NCBI GenBank assembly: GCA_963664325.2
Contig: CAXXDQ010000004.1
Span: forward strand, 448,001 to 512,000
DNA: 64,000 nt
Origin: Desulfomonilia bacterium
Lineage (GTDB): Bacteria > Desulfobacterota > Desulfomonilia > UBA1062
Direction: 5' to 3'
In this document: positions 10,081 to 20,499 of the stretch, piece after piece
Layout of the letters: each line of letters opens with the position of its first letter
Numbering within the stretch: position 1 is the stretch's first letter
Made by a program: the position numbers and the translations under genes
The notes under the pieces: generated by a model
The model's input: only the letters and a program-made list of their open reading frames with translations
What the model was told of the DNA's origin: nothing
The model's database searches: none

Positions 10081-11940
10081 ATGCCAATGTCAGCGATAAC
10101 CTCTATAAACGAACTTGGTGCATACAGGGCCGCAGCCGAAGCGGGACTGAACAAGGACCTTCCGTACGCCCTGGTATGCTGGGGAACCGGTTGCCTTGCA
10201 AACGGCTCCAAAGCCGTTGCCGAGGCGCTTGCCAGAGAGATAGAAACCCAGGGCCTCAAGGTGGACGTGAACATCGGACTCAAGACTACGGGCTGCCACG
10301 GCTACTGCGAAAACGGCCCTCTGGTCGCGCTCATGCCGAAGGGCATCCTTTATCTTAAGGTCAAGGAAAAGGATATCCCGGAGATCGTTGAAAAAAGCAT
10401 AAAGGGCGACGAGATAATCGAACACCTAATCTATAAGGACAAAAACACGGGAGAGCTCGTAGCCCAGTACAAGGAGATACCGTTCTACAAGCACCAGCAC
10501 CGCATAGCACTCAGGAACATAGGCGAGATTGATCCCACGAACATAGACGACTACATACTCTCCGGTGGGTATGACGGCCTCGCCAAGGCACTCACCATGG
10601 ACGGCGACGCGATTATCTCCGAGATCGAGAAATCAGGCCTTCGCGGCCGAGGGGGCGGCGGCTTCCCCGCAGGCACAAAGTGGCGCTCCTGCAAGGCCAT
10701 AGCATCCGATGTCCGCTATGTCATCTGCAACGGCGACGAGGGCGACCCCGGCGCATTCATGGACCGCTCGGTCATGGAGGGCGACCCGCACTCGGTAATC
10801 GAGGGCATGATCATAGGCGCCATAGCCGTGGGCGCGCATCAGGGCTACATATACGTGCGCGACGAATATCCGCTGGCCGTCAAGAACCTTGCGAAAGCGA
10901 TAGCCGCGGCGAGAGAAAAAGGCTTCCTCGGCAAAAACATCCTGGGAACGGGATATGACTTCGATCTGAAAATAAGCAGAGGCGGCGGCGCATTCGTATG
11001 CGGCGAAAGTTCGGCGCTTATGCGTTCGGTCGAGGGAAAGGTGGGCGAACCCAGGGCCAAGTACATACGCTCGGTCGAGAAAGGCCTCTATGACAAGCCT
11101 ACGGTACTGAATAACGTCGAGACCTGGGCGAACGTGCCCGAGATAATCATCAAGGGCGCCGACTGGTATTCTGCGATGGGGACAAAGGGCTCCAAGGGGA
11201 CCAAGGTCTTTTCCCTTGTCGGCAAGGTCAACAACACGGGCCTGGTCGAAGTGCCCATGGGCGTCACAATCCGCGAACTCGTACAGAACATAGGAGGCGG
11301 CGTCCTGGGAGGCAAGAAGTTCAAGGCGGTTCAGACCGGAGGTCCTTCCGGCGGCTGCATCCCGGAAAAGCTCGCCGACCTGCCGATAGACTTCGACAGC
11401 CTCACCGAGGCAGGCTCGATGATGGGCTCGGGCGGCATCATCGTGATGGACGAAGAGACCTGCATGGTCGACGTTGCACGCTACTTCATCAACTTCCTGG
11501 TGGGCGAATCGTGCGGCAAATGCACCCCGTGCCGCGACGGGCTCAGAAAAATGCTGGACATCCTCACGGCAATAACCGAAGGCAAAGGCCAGCCGGGAGA
11601 CATCGATGTCCTGGAAGAGATATGCGGAACGCTCACATGGGCCGCGCTCTGCGGGCTCGGATCATCGGCCGCAAACCCTGTACTCTCCACGATCAAGTAT
11701 TTCCGCGATGAGTATGATGCGCACATCAATGACAAGAAGTGTCCCGCAGGAGTCTGCAAGGCGCTGATAACGTATTCGATTACGGAAGCCTGTACGGGCT
11801 GCACCCTGTGCGCCAAGAAGTGTCCGCAGGAGTGCATCACCGGCGAGAGAAAAGGACTGCATGTCATTGATACTGCAAAGTGCATCAGATGCGGAATCTG
11901 CAAGGATGTCTGCAACTTTAACGCAGTGAAGGTGAGCTGA
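10081..11940 (+). CDS. NuoF/HydB-like FMN/NADH-binding subunit (Bfu-type) with N-terminal 2Fe-2S and C-terminal 2x[4Fe-4S]
   Basis: [69 protein letters not shown], two ferredoxin motifs. Confidence 0.95.
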   Translation: MPMSAITSINELGAYRAAAEAGLNKDLPYALVCWGTGCLANGSKAVAEALAREIETQGLKVDVNIGLKTTGCHGYCENGPLVALMPKGILYLKVKEKDIPEIVEKSIKGDEIIEHLIYKDKNTGELVAQYKEIPFYKHQHRIALRNIGEIDPTNIDDYILSGGYDGLAKALTMDGDAIISEIEKSGLRGRGGGGFPAGTKWRSCKAIASDVRYVICNGDEGDPGAFMDRSVMEGDPHSVIEGMIIGAIAVGAHQGYIYVRDEYPLAVKNLAKAIAAAREKGFLGKNILGTGYDFDLKISRGGGAFVCGESSALMRSVEGKVGEPRAKYIRSVEKGLYDKPTVLNNVETWANVPEIIIKGADWYSAMGTKGSKGTKVFSLVGKVNNTGLVEVPMGVTIRELVQNIGGGVLGGKKFKAVQTGGPSGGCIPEKLADLPIDFDSLTEAGSMMGSGGIIVMDEETCMVDVARYFINFLVGESCGKCTPCRDGLRKMLDILTAITEGKGQPGDIDVLEEICGTLTWAALCGLGSSAANPVLSTIKYFRDEYDAHINDKKCPAGVCKALITYSITEACTGCTLCAKKCPQECITGERKGLHVIDTAKCIRCGICKDVCNFNAVKVS

Positions 11941-11941
11941 C

Positions 11942-12670
11942 ATGGAAAAGGTGAAAGTTATAATCGACGGAAGGGAATTCGAGGCGGCCAAAGACACGCC
12001 GGTACTTCAGGTGGCTCATGAAAACGGCGTTTACATTCCGCACCTCTGCCACAACGAGGAAATCTCGAACAGCGGAGGCTCGTGCAGGGTCTGCCTTGTC
12101 GAAGCACATCAGGGCGGAAAGATGCGCATGGTAACATCATGCAACTATCCGGTGAGAAAAGGCCTCGAGATAAAAACGGATACCGAATTCGTCCACAAGA
12201 TCAGGAAGGGCGTTCTCGAACTGCTCCTGGCCCGCGTGCCGGATTCCGATGTGATACAGAAGCTGGCGGCTGCAGAAGGCGTGACCGAACCTCGCTTTAA
12301 AAAGGACGAGGGCGAGGACAACCGCTGGAAGTGTATAGCCTGCTCGCTCTGCACGCAGGTCTGCGAGGATGTGGTCGGCGTCTCGGCCATCTCCATGCTG
12401 AACCGGGGCGGGAACAAAAAGCCAGGCACTCCTTTCAAAAAGGCCTCCATTACATGCATAGGCTGCGGCGCATGCGTTTACGCCTGCCCGACAGGCGCGA
12501 TCAGCCTGAAAGAAAAAGGCGGCGTGCGCCGCATCTGGCAGCAGGACTTCCCGATGATCAGATGCAGCGTATGCGAAAGACCGTACATACCTGAAAAGCA
12601 GGTGGAATGGATTGTTAAGACGACGGGCAAGGAGCGCTCGTTCTTTGACAAGTGCCCGGACCACCGCTGA
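11942..12670 (+). CDS. short NuoG/HydA N-terminal-like Fe-S protein (2Fe-2S + 2x[4Fe-4S]), no catalytic H-cluster or Mo domain
   Basis: IPHLC...SCRVC...SC 2Fe-2S; CIACSLCTQVC and CIGCGACVYACP; C-terminal CSVC...CPDH; only 242 aa. Confidence 0.9.
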   Translation: MEKVKVIIDGREFEAAKDTPVLQVAHENGVYIPHLCHNEEISNSGGSCRVCLVEAHQGGKMRMVTSCNYPVRKGLEIKTDTEFVHKIRKGVLELLLARVPDSDVIQKLAAAEGVTEPRFKKDEGEDNRWKCIACSLCTQVCEDVVGVSAISMLNRGGNKKPGTPFKKASITCIGCGACVYACPTGAISLKEKGGVRRIWQQDFPMIRCSVCERPYIPEKQVEWIVKTTGKERSFFDKCPDHR

Positions 12671-12793
12671 GCGGCGCGTGATAACTTTGCATACCCGCGT
12701 TGCTCCTTGTCTCGTCGCTGCGGAGTACGCTAGTAAGTACACCTCGCTCCTTAACTGCGTCGCGCCTTGGCCTGCCGTGTTCTGACGCGCCGC
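12671..12793. repeat. palindromic dispersed repeat family A (GTAC hairpin), divergent copy
   Basis: Terminal IR GCGGCGCGT/ACGCGCCGC; core CGGAGTACG-N7-GTACACCT shared with copies at 16604 and 37596; similar length (about 123 bp). Confidence 0.65.
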
Positions 12794-13316
12794 CGTTTAG
12801 GAAAAAGAATTTGAATCCCACTAACCCTCTTGGCTTCAAGGGGGTTTATATTTTGCCGACATATGGCATGGCTGTCGCCATCCCAAAAACCAGCAAATGA
12901 AAAATCTTTTGTATGTGCTGTATTCCAGATACAGCGATGATTTTTCGGAAGAGATTTTTTAACGGTCTTTGTTACAGTAGCGTGAATAAAACCTTTAACA
13001 AATTACCGTTGAAATTATAAATTGATAAACTCCTGCGAAAAAGATAGACGTTTTTATACCAACAGCCATAACCTGATGCTGATTATTTCCTGATTATGCA
13101 GAATACGGCAAGTTGTTTGCAGTAAGCGGAAAGTAGTAAGACGTTCTTTCCATGGTTTGTGTTATACTCAAGGAATAAACTGAAAAAGCGTCCATTTATA
13201 GGAGGTGAGATGACTGAATATTTTCCATCTACATCCAAATTATATATTAAAAAATCCCACATAACTGTTAGCAAGAATCATGTTCAGTATATTTGAAGAT
13301 AAAACAGGTTAACAAT

Positions 13317-14051
13317 ATGAAACGACAATCTATACGGATGCTTTTGTTGCTTTTCTCTTTTTCTGTATTTCCTATAACAGTTGTTTACCTTTCTCCTGCT
13401 CCACCAATTATGAGCCTGAAGGCAGGAGTCATTAATTTAAGTGTCATCACAATCCTTACAATATTCGTATCTGGATTTATTTTTCGTCGAGCTTTTTGCG
13501 GTTGGCTTTGTCCGGGCGGAGGATGTCAGCTGGTTGCAGAAGCCCTGAACAACAACAGATTGCAACAGCAGAAAACTAATTGGATGCGGATTATACTTGT
13601 TTCCGTCTGGTTCATCATAATGATCTCATTTGTTGTATTCTCTGAACAACTCCCCAAACTGGATTTAGGGCATCCAGGCGCTGGCAAATTTGCCACATCA
13701 AACATTCGTTTCTTTCTGCCGTATATACCGGTGGTAATTTTTATATTTCTATTCGTTTTCCTTATTGGCAGACGAGGTTTTTGTCATCGCGGATGCTGGA
13801 TCTATCCAATCATCGCTTTCAGCTCAAGGGTAGGAAAGTTCATTCACACGCCCAGTCTGTATGTGGCTGCAAAAAACCATGATAAATGCTCGGACTGTAA
13901 GGTATGTACAAAAAACTGTCCGATGAGTATTGACGTATATGATTATATCCAGACACAAACTAAATTACCCAATAATTGCATCCAGTGTGGATCATGCATT
14001 GATAAATGCCCAATGAAAGTTCTCGATTTTTCATTTGGCATTGAGAAATAG
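13317..14051 (+). CDS. membrane polyferredoxin (NapH/MauN-like 4Fe-4S binding protein)
   Basis: RAFCGWLCP, RGFCHRGC, CSDCKVCTKNCP, CIQCGSCIDKCP, TM segments; AT-rich. Confidence 0.85.
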   Translation: MKRQSIRMLLLLFSFSVFPITVVYLSPAPPIMSLKAGVINLSVITILTIFVSGFIFRRAFCGWLCPGGGCQLVAEALNNNRLQQQKTNWMRIILVSVWFIIMISFVVFSEQLPKLDLGHPGAGKFATSNIRFFLPYIPVVIFIFLFVFLIGRRGFCHRGCWIYPIIAFSSRVGKFIHTPSLYVAAKNHDKCSDCKVCTKNCPMSIDVYDYIQTQTKLPNNCIQCGSCIDKCPMKVLDFSFGIEK

Positions 14052-14119
14052 TGATGATCAAATGAATGTCACTTCCAATAAGAGAGCAAAACCATTCAGT
14101 AAACAGGAGGGTACATAAG

Positions 14120-14779
14120 ATGAATTCAGAAAATCATAAGATAAATTTAACAAAACGTGTTGGTGTCGGAGTAACTTTCATAATCTTCCCCTTAATATTC
14201 ATTTTCGCTTTTGCAGGTCACCCTAATCTTTTGAATCCTCGTTTTTTGGGGCCGCAGGAACTCATTCTAAGAGTGCACAATAACCCATTACTACATTTTG
14301 GACATGCATTAGTCACACTATGTACGGGTCTTCTCGTTGTAGTTGCACTACATTTTATGAAGATACAAAATGACAAATCAACTGCTTGGTATGGTTTTAT
14401 TGGTGCCGTGTTTGCTGTCTTAGGAGCACTTATGTTGGCTGCGGACAAAGGAGCCTTATGTTTGACAATGAGCGCCTTGGATACATTGCCTGAAGCCGAA
14501 TTCAACCAAATGATGCCAGGACTGCTTGCCATGTTTGCCAAAAAGGGCTGGCTGGTATTAATTTGGGGGCTTCTCTTTATACCGATTGGCTTTATTATTC
14601 AGGGAATAGGGTTACTAAAGTCCAAGAGTCTTTCTGCTTGGCAAAGTCTATTGTTTATAATCGGAGTACTTTTCATCGGCACTCCTGATGGTGTTGAAAT
14701 CGTCAACCTGACTGCATCCATATTGATAGCAGTAGCTTTAATACCATACGGATTCAAGATAATAGCAGATAAAAACTAA
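14120..14779 (+). CDS. hypothetical membrane protein (DUF4386-like)
   Basis: Multi-TM ORF; AGGAGG RBS before ATG 14120; AT-rich. Confidence 0.7.
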   Translation: MNSENHKINLTKRVGVGVTFIIFPLIFIFAFAGHPNLLNPRFLGPQELILRVHNNPLLHFGHALVTLCTGLLVVVALHFMKIQNDKSTAWYGFIGAVFAVLGALMLAADKGALCLTMSALDTLPEAEFNQMMPGLLAMFAKKGWLVLIWGLLFIPIGFIIQGIGLLKSKSLSAWQSLLFIIGVLFIGTPDGVEIVNLTASILIAVALIPYGFKIIADKN

Positions 14780-15009
14780 GAAGAAGTAGCGAAAGTGTCA
14801 GGACTTGGCATTCGCCTATTAAACAAGTTATAGCTTGTGATCTGAGCATGAACCTTTAGACCTGGCCGCAGGCAATGCAAAAGATTGCATCTTAAAAGGG
14901 TGTTCTGTTATATCTGTTCACACAAATGTCTTTTAGTCCAATTGTTGAAAATGGTTTATTCATAAAAAGCTGATTATTCAAGAAAACGATATAGCGAAAA
15001 GGAGAGATC

Positions 15010-16599
15010 ATGATGAAAATAAAAATACAGAGGGTTGTCATTATCCTTCTTGTCATATTCTTTTCATGTATTGCATACGTCCAGACTCAGGCGGCCGATA
15101 AGCCCAGGTACAGGATAGCCATTGCCGAAGTCCTCCAGGAAACGGATTCCTTTTCCCCGGTTATTACAACCAGGGATAACTTCAGCCCGGGCGTTCCAAT
15201 ACTCAAAGGCGCGGCCATCATCCCTTACAGCAAAAAAGAAAATAAAGAGCTCGGCGGGTTCATAGCCGCAGTGGAAAAAGAGGGCCGGGGCGAAATAGAG
15301 ATAGTGCCGATTCTCAAGGCGAGGTCCGATTCCGGCGGGCCGCTTGACAGCGGTCTGTATGAAGGGTTCAGGAAGGACCTCTCGGAAGGCCTCAGAAAGG
15401 CCGGCAGAATCGACGGGGTATACCTTTCGCTTCACGGGGCCATGGGCGTTGTCGGGATGCGCGATCCCGAGGGCGACCTGCTTGCAGTTGTCCGCTCGGA
15501 ACTGGGCAACAGCGTGCCGGTCGGGATAAGCCATGACCTCCACGCCTGCGTGACGAAGAAGCGCGCCGAACTGGCCACCTTCATAGTGGGCTATCATACG
15601 AATCCGCACAGGGATTTCTATAAAACCGGTTATAAGGCAGGCGATTTAATGATCAGGACCGTCCGGGGGGAAATAAAGCCTGTCATGACGATGCGGAAGA
15701 TGAGGCTCCTCAAGGGCGGCGGCATGGACGTTGATTTTCTTTCCCCCATGAGGAGCATATTTTCAAGGATGAGCCGTATGGAGAAAGAGCCGGGGGTGCT
15801 CTCGGTCTCGAATTTCATAGTGCACATCTGGCTTGATGATAAGGAACTCGGCTGGAGCACCGTCGCCGTGACAAACGGGAATAAGGCCCTTGCCGACAAA
15901 CTGGCTGACGAGCTGGCCGACCTCGACTGGTCGGTCCGGGCCGTGCAGCCTCCCAGGGCGAATACGCCCGACGAGGCGGTGGAGATTGCAAAGTCTTCCT
16001 GGCTGGCGCGCAGGTTCGGAACGACGGTGTTCTGCGATTCGTCCGACGCCGTAGGCGCAGGCGCACCCGGCGAGAGCACTTGGATATTGAAGGCGGTTAT
16101 GAACAAGGCCCCGGAACTTGTATCGTACATCCCAATCAGTGACGCTGCCGCCGCATCCGCCGCTTATGCTGCAAACCTTCACGACAGGCTCACACTGTCC
16201 GTAGGGGGGAAGCTCGATAAAACCTACAACATGCCCGTGAAGTTCTCCGGCGAGCTGATATACAAGAACAAGGGCATGCTCGGAAAAACCGCAATCCTCA
16301 AGGACCGGGGAATACGCCTTATCCTTACCGAACACCCCGACCCGACTTACCATCCGGAGTATTTCACCAGTCTCGGGCTAAGCCTCTGGAAAGCGGATAT
16401 CGTCGTCGTAAAGAACCTCTTTCCTTTCCGGTACTTCTTTCTCCTCTACAACCGCAAGACGGTGAACGTCATCAGCCCCGGAACCTCCAGCATAGATGTT
16501 TTCTCTCTGAAATACCGGAACATCACCAGACCCATTTATCCGCTGGATAAAATAGGGTCATGGAAAATACCGGAACAGGCATCCGGCATCAGCAAATAA
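15010..16599 (+). CDS. M81 (MlrC-like) metallopeptidase, exported
   Basis: Signal peptide; IAEVLQETDSF, LSLHGAM, DPEGDLL, DLHA, Y.TNPH, D..GAGAPG motifs of the MlrC family. Confidence 0.88.
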   Translation: MMKIKIQRVVIILLVIFFSCIAYVQTQAADKPRYRIAIAEVLQETDSFSPVITTRDNFSPGVPILKGAAIIPYSKKENKELGGFIAAVEKEGRGEIEIVPILKARSDSGGPLDSGLYEGFRKDLSEGLRKAGRIDGVYLSLHGAMGVVGMRDPEGDLLAVVRSELGNSVPVGISHDLHACVTKKRAELATFIVGYHTNPHRDFYKTGYKAGDLMIRTVRGEIKPVMTMRKMRLLKGGGMDVDFLSPMRSIFSRMSRMEKEPGVLSVSNFIVHIWLDDKELGWSTVAVTNGNKALADKLADELADLDWSVRAVQPPRANTPDEAVEIAKSSWLARRFGTTVFCDSSDAVGAGAPGESTWILKAVMNKAPELVSYIPISDAAAASAAYAANLHDRLTLSVGGKLDKTYNMPVKFSGELIYKNKGMLGKTAILKDRGIRLILTEHPDPTYHPEYFTSLGLSLWKADIVVVKNLFPFRYFFLLYNRKTVNVISPGTSSIDVFSLKYRNITRPIYPLDKIGSWKIPEQASGISK

Positions 16600-16603
16600 A
16601 TGT

Positions 16604-16727
16604 TTCCGCTTCCTATTCGATCCCTGCCTTTGGCGGCTGCGTCGGAATGCTCCTCGGAGTACGTTAGAAGTACACCTGCGTCGCGTCCTCCATGCCTTCG
16701 CGGCATCATCCCGAATATAAAGCGGAA
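16604..16727. repeat. palindromic dispersed repeat family A
   Basis: Terminal IR TTCCGCTTcctATTCG / CGAATataAAGCGGAA; central GGCTGCGTCGGAATGCTCCTCGGAGTACGT..GTACACCTGCGTCGC identical to the 37596 copy. Confidence 0.85.
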
Positions 16728-16805
16728 CTTAAAACCAATTTATTTTTACAACTCAATGTCCGATAAGATAACTTTTCCTTATGAATTCTTGAAGGAGAAT
16801 TTAAA

Positions 16806-18899
16806 ATGAAAAAAAGTTTAATATATGTATTGCTGGCGATAGTATTCGTGATTGCAGCTTCCCGGTCCGGCTTTGCGTACGGAGAAGCGGCGCAAGCTGC
16901 CGTTACGGACACATCAAACGGGCGTGTCAGCGAATACTTCAAATATTCGGGATACAGCGCACCGGAATACAGGAGCTTCAGCAAGGAAACAACCTTTGTC
17001 GCCATGCATGACGGGACGAAACTGGCGGTGGACGTGTTCCTGCCCAAGGACGGCCCGAAGCAAGACAAATTTCCCGCCATATTCATTTTCACTCCCTACG
17101 GCCGGTCATACCTCTATCCGCAGATGGCATGGTATGAAAAAATCGCCGCAAGGATAACCAGAGGGACCTGGGGCCCTGTTTTTGACTATTCCGCCAAGTA
17201 CGATATAAAACTCTTTCTTTCTCACGGGTACGCCATCGTCGTGGCGGACATGCGCGGCACCGGCGCCTCCTGCGGGGTGCAGATCCCCTTTACGCCGGTC
17301 CTGGCGGAAGACGGGAAAGAGATGGTCGACTGGATCGGCTCCAGGCCCTGGTCGAGCGGAAAAGTGGGGATGACCGGGCAGTCGTATCTCGGCTGGATAC
17401 AGCTCATGACCGCGGCGAAGCATCCGAAGGCCCTGGCCTGCATCATGCCCGAGATGATAGTTTCAGAGGGCTATACCGAAGGCATACGCCCCGGCGGGAT
17501 CGACGCCATTGCATGGATAGAGCGCTACAGCAAGTTTCTGCAGTATCTGAACCTAAACCGGTTCGATCCCGCCAGCATGAGCCTGCCGACGACGCCCGCA
17601 GTGGACGAGGATAACGACGGTGATCTGGCCGATGAAATACCACTGATGAAAAACGGCTCCTTCCTTGATTGCGGAGCGCCCAGGTACAGCGACGGTAAAA
17701 AGCGGCAGGATCTTTATTTCACTGCCACGAAGGAGCATGAAAAGGACATCCTCTTCAACTTCTTCATCAGAAAGAACGCGCCCTATTTCGACAGTACCGC
17801 ACCTGAAATCATCGGCGACACCCGTTTCGTCGAAAGCAGCCCCGGCTATTATTTAAAGGAAATAATCGCATCCGGCATCCCGGTATATAACGTAGGCGGA
17901 TGGTTCGACGGGTTTACCAAGGGCACGACAAAACTCTATGCGACGATGGAGGGCAAAACGGCGACCCGGCTCAGCATGGCGCCCAGGTTCCATTATTACC
18001 CCTTTGTCACCAGGCAGTATAAGGATTATTTCGGCTATGAGGGGGAGTACATGAAGCAGGTGGCCACCGAGCGGCTCCGCTTTTTCGACTTTTATCTGAA
18101 GGGGATACAGAACGGCATTGACATTGAGCCCCGCGTGAACATCTACGTCATGAACTCCGGCTGGCGCACCGAAAACGAATGGCCTCTGAAGCGCCAGAAA
18201 GTGACGCCCTTTTATTTTGATTCCAAAGGCGGCCTGTCGCCGAAAGCAGACAGCAAGGGTTCCGACAGATACAGGGTGGATTTTACCCACAGCTCCAGCT
18301 ATGGGAAAAACAGCGTCAACCGCTGGCTGATGATGTATGTGCCCGACGGGCTGATGGACCGTACTGTTCTCGATAAAAAATGCCTCACCTATGAGACGGA
18401 AATTTTAAAGACGGACATGGAGGTTACGGGACATCCGGTGGCCGATATCTGGGTTTCTTCGAACAAAAATGACGGCGACTTCTTCGTATATCTCACCGAT
18501 GTGGACGAGTCTGGAAGGTCTCTTTACGTGACCGAGGGAGAGCTCCGCGCCGGATGGGAGCATGAATATGATAATGACGACCAGGTGCTGGGGAAGATCG
18601 ACATAAAGCCCGAACTGCCATGGCACGGATATAAGAAGGGCCAGTATACCGAAAACCCGTTTGCCGGGGGCAGGGTCGTCGAGCTGCGGTTTGACCTGAT
18701 GCCGACATCATGGGTTTTCAAGAAAGGGCACAGGCTGCGGATAGCCATCGCCTGCGCCGATTACAAGAATTTCGAGATGAACCCGTACCTGTGCTCCGGC
18801 AATGAACCCGGGGACTGCCCCGAGACCGTCGTTTCGATAAACCATGCCGAAGCCTATCCATCGAGGATCGAACTGCCGTTGATACCGGCTGCGCAGTAA
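16806..18899 (+). CDS. CocE/NonD family serine hydrolase (S15/PepX-like), exported
   Basis: Signal peptide; MHDGTKLAVD, TPYGR, DMRGTGAS, GQSYLG nucleophile elbow, GGWFD, C-terminal PepX_C-like domain. Confidence 0.92.
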   Translation: MKKSLIYVLLAIVFVIAASRSGFAYGEAAQAAVTDTSNGRVSEYFKYSGYSAPEYRSFSKETTFVAMHDGTKLAVDVFLPKDGPKQDKFPAIFIFTPYGRSYLYPQMAWYEKIAARITRGTWGPVFDYSAKYDIKLFLSHGYAIVVADMRGTGASCGVQIPFTPVLAEDGKEMVDWIGSRPWSSGKVGMTGQSYLGWIQLMTAAKHPKALACIMPEMIVSEGYTEGIRPGGIDAIAWIERYSKFLQYLNLNRFDPASMSLPTTPAVDEDNDGDLADEIPLMKNGSFLDCGAPRYSDGKKRQDLYFTATKEHEKDILFNFFIRKNAPYFDSTAPEIIGDTRFVESSPGYYLKEIIASGIPVYNVGGWFDGFTKGTTKLYATMEGKTATRLSMAPRFHYYPFVTRQYKDYFGYEGEYMKQVATERLRFFDFYLKGIQNGIDIEPRVNIYVMNSGWRTENEWPLKRQKVTPFYFDSKGGLSPKADSKGSDRYRVDFTHSSSYGKNSVNRWLMMYVPDGLMDRTVLDKKCLTYETEILKTDMEVTGHPVADIWVSSNKNDGDFFVYLTDVDESGRSLYVTEGELRAGWEHEYDNDDQVLGKIDIKPELPWHGYKKGQYTENPFAGGRVVELRFDLMPTSWVFKKGHRLRIAIACADYKNFEMNPYLCSGNEPGDCPETVVSINHAEAYPSRIELPLIPAAQ

Positions 18900-19018
18900 C
18901 GGGAAAAAATTGACTTGTGCCGGGCTGTCGGTTCCCGGCGGATCGGCCTGCGAATAATGAGGTCTCGACATTTTAATGAGGATGCCGGTGTTTTGTAGAA
19001 AAGGAATTTTTTATTATA

Positions 19019-19038
19019 ATGGTTGACATATCAACTAT
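19019..19038. promoter_or_regulatory. probable MarR operator overlapping the promoter
   Basis: Near-perfect palindrome ATGGTTGACATATCAACTAT containing TTGACA, just upstream of the marR-type gene. Confidence 0.6.
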
Positions 19039-19085
19039 AGATATGCCAACTATAACAAGCCGAATAACGGGACCGGGAGCGAATC

Positions 19086-19508
19086 ATGAAAAGCAGGGAA
19101 CGTTTCATATTTCTGATAGGCCAGGCCAGGAACAGGCTCTTTGTCAAACTCGACCAGGCCCTTATAAGCGCTGCGGGGATTACCGCCGTGCAGTCCGGGG
19201 CGCTTTATTATCTGCTTGAAAATGACGGCTGCCAGTCCGTTGAACTGAGCAGGGGGCTCATGCTCGATAAGTCCGCCATAACCGGGCTTATCGACAGGCT
19301 TGAAGAAAAAGGGCTTGTTAAAAGACAAGCAAGCCCCACCGACCGCAGGGTCCTGAATGTCTGTCTGACTGATACGGGCCGGGATGCTGCAGAAAAATGC
19401 CTGGGCATTACAAAAAAATTTAATGGCAGAATCATTGAAGGCTTGAGTGAAGAAGAAGCCGCGACATTTGCAGCAGTGTTGAAGAAAATAATAAAGACCT
19501 TCTCATGA
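19086..19508 (+). CDS. MarR family transcriptional regulator
   Basis: LDKSAITGLIDRLEEKGLV.R...DRR...LT winged-helix signature. Confidence 0.93.
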   Translation: MKSRERFIFLIGQARNRLFVKLDQALISAAGITAVQSGALYYLLENDGCQSVELSRGLMLDKSAITGLIDRLEEKGLVKRQASPTDRRVLNVCLTDTGRDAAEKCLGITKKFNGRIIEGLSEEEAATFAAVLKKIIKTFS

Positions 19509-20467
19509 ATAAAACGACAGATCTATTCAGTGCCTCTTTCGGGAAAGTCAGAGTAATACCCGGTCAAAACAACAGCAGGTTTCCTTACAGCGCGAGTGTA
19601 TTCATCGACGATGATGTAAAAGCGGTAATCGATACAGGAGCAGGGAAGAAAAAGCTGGAGGCGCTCAGGACCTCGAATCGAATAGATGCCGTCTACAACA
19701 CGCATTACCACTATGACCATATCAACGGGAACCGTCTTTTTGAAGAAGCGGAAATTTATCTGAATGACAAAGAGTCCGGTGGCTTCAGGGACCGGAAAAT
19801 ACTTGGTGCGTATCTCGGCATGGAAGAGGTTTACGGCCGGGACTGGATAGAAGGCTGGATAGAAAGGATCAAAAATCCTGAAACGCCTCCAAGCCCGCAT
19901 TCTCCACTGAACAGCCACAACTGGTGGCTTTCCACATCGAGGATAAGCGGCGAATATAAATGGGGCGATGTCATAAGCTTCGGAAAGACGTCTATGCATG
20001 TTATTGCTGCACCGGGCCATTCGGGCGGGTTCTGCTGCATGCATTTTCCGGATCAGGACGTTTTGTACGCGGCCGATATTGACCTCGGCGATTTCGGACC
20101 CTGGTACGGCGGCACTGATGGCGATATCGACCTCTTCATCGATTCCTGCCGCAGGGTTGAGCAGACAGGGGCCGGACATATAATTACAGGACATGAAAAA
20201 GGGATTTTAACGGCCGCGCAATTCAAAGCAGGCCTGGTTGGCTATCTGGGTATGATCGATGTAAGGGACTGCCGGATCGTTAAGGCCCTAAAAAATAAAC
20301 CGGCAACGATAGAAGAAATTGCAGCGCAGGGGCATATTTACGGCAGGAAATTCCATGTGGATGAATTCATCTTCATGTGGGAGATGATCATGGTGAAAAA
20401 ACATATAGCCCGGCTTGTTAAAAACGGGGTTGCAGGCATCGAGGGAAAAACGGTGTTTGTGGATTAA
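19505..20467 (+). CDS. metallo-beta-lactamase fold hydrolase
   Basis: IDTG, THYHYDH, PGHS, GH motifs; overlaps the marR stop. Confidence 0.9.
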   Translation: MNKTTDLFSASFGKVRVIPGQNNSRFPYSASVFIDDDVKAVIDTGAGKKKLEALRTSNRIDAVYNTHYHYDHINGNRLFEEAEIYLNDKESGGFRDRKILGAYLGMEEVYGRDWIEGWIERIKNPETPPSPHSPLNSHNWWLSTSRISGEYKWGDVISFGKTSMHVIAAPGHSGGFCCMHFPDQDVLYAADIDLGDFGPWYGGTDGDIDLFIDSCRRVEQTGAGHIITGHEKGILTAAQFKAGLVGYLGMIDVRDCRIVKALKNKPATIEEIAAQGHIYGRKFHVDEFIFMWEMIMVKKHIARLVKNGVAGIEGKTVFVD

Positions 20468-20499
20468 CCGAGGCAGGGATTTTTAAAGAGGGGTGAGTT

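Noticed and set aside
9619-12670. Respiratory complex I nuoEFG or [FeFe]-hydrogenase
   Set aside because: No membrane or quinone-module nuo genes nearby; the third subunit lacks H-cluster motifs and the long NuoG C-terminus
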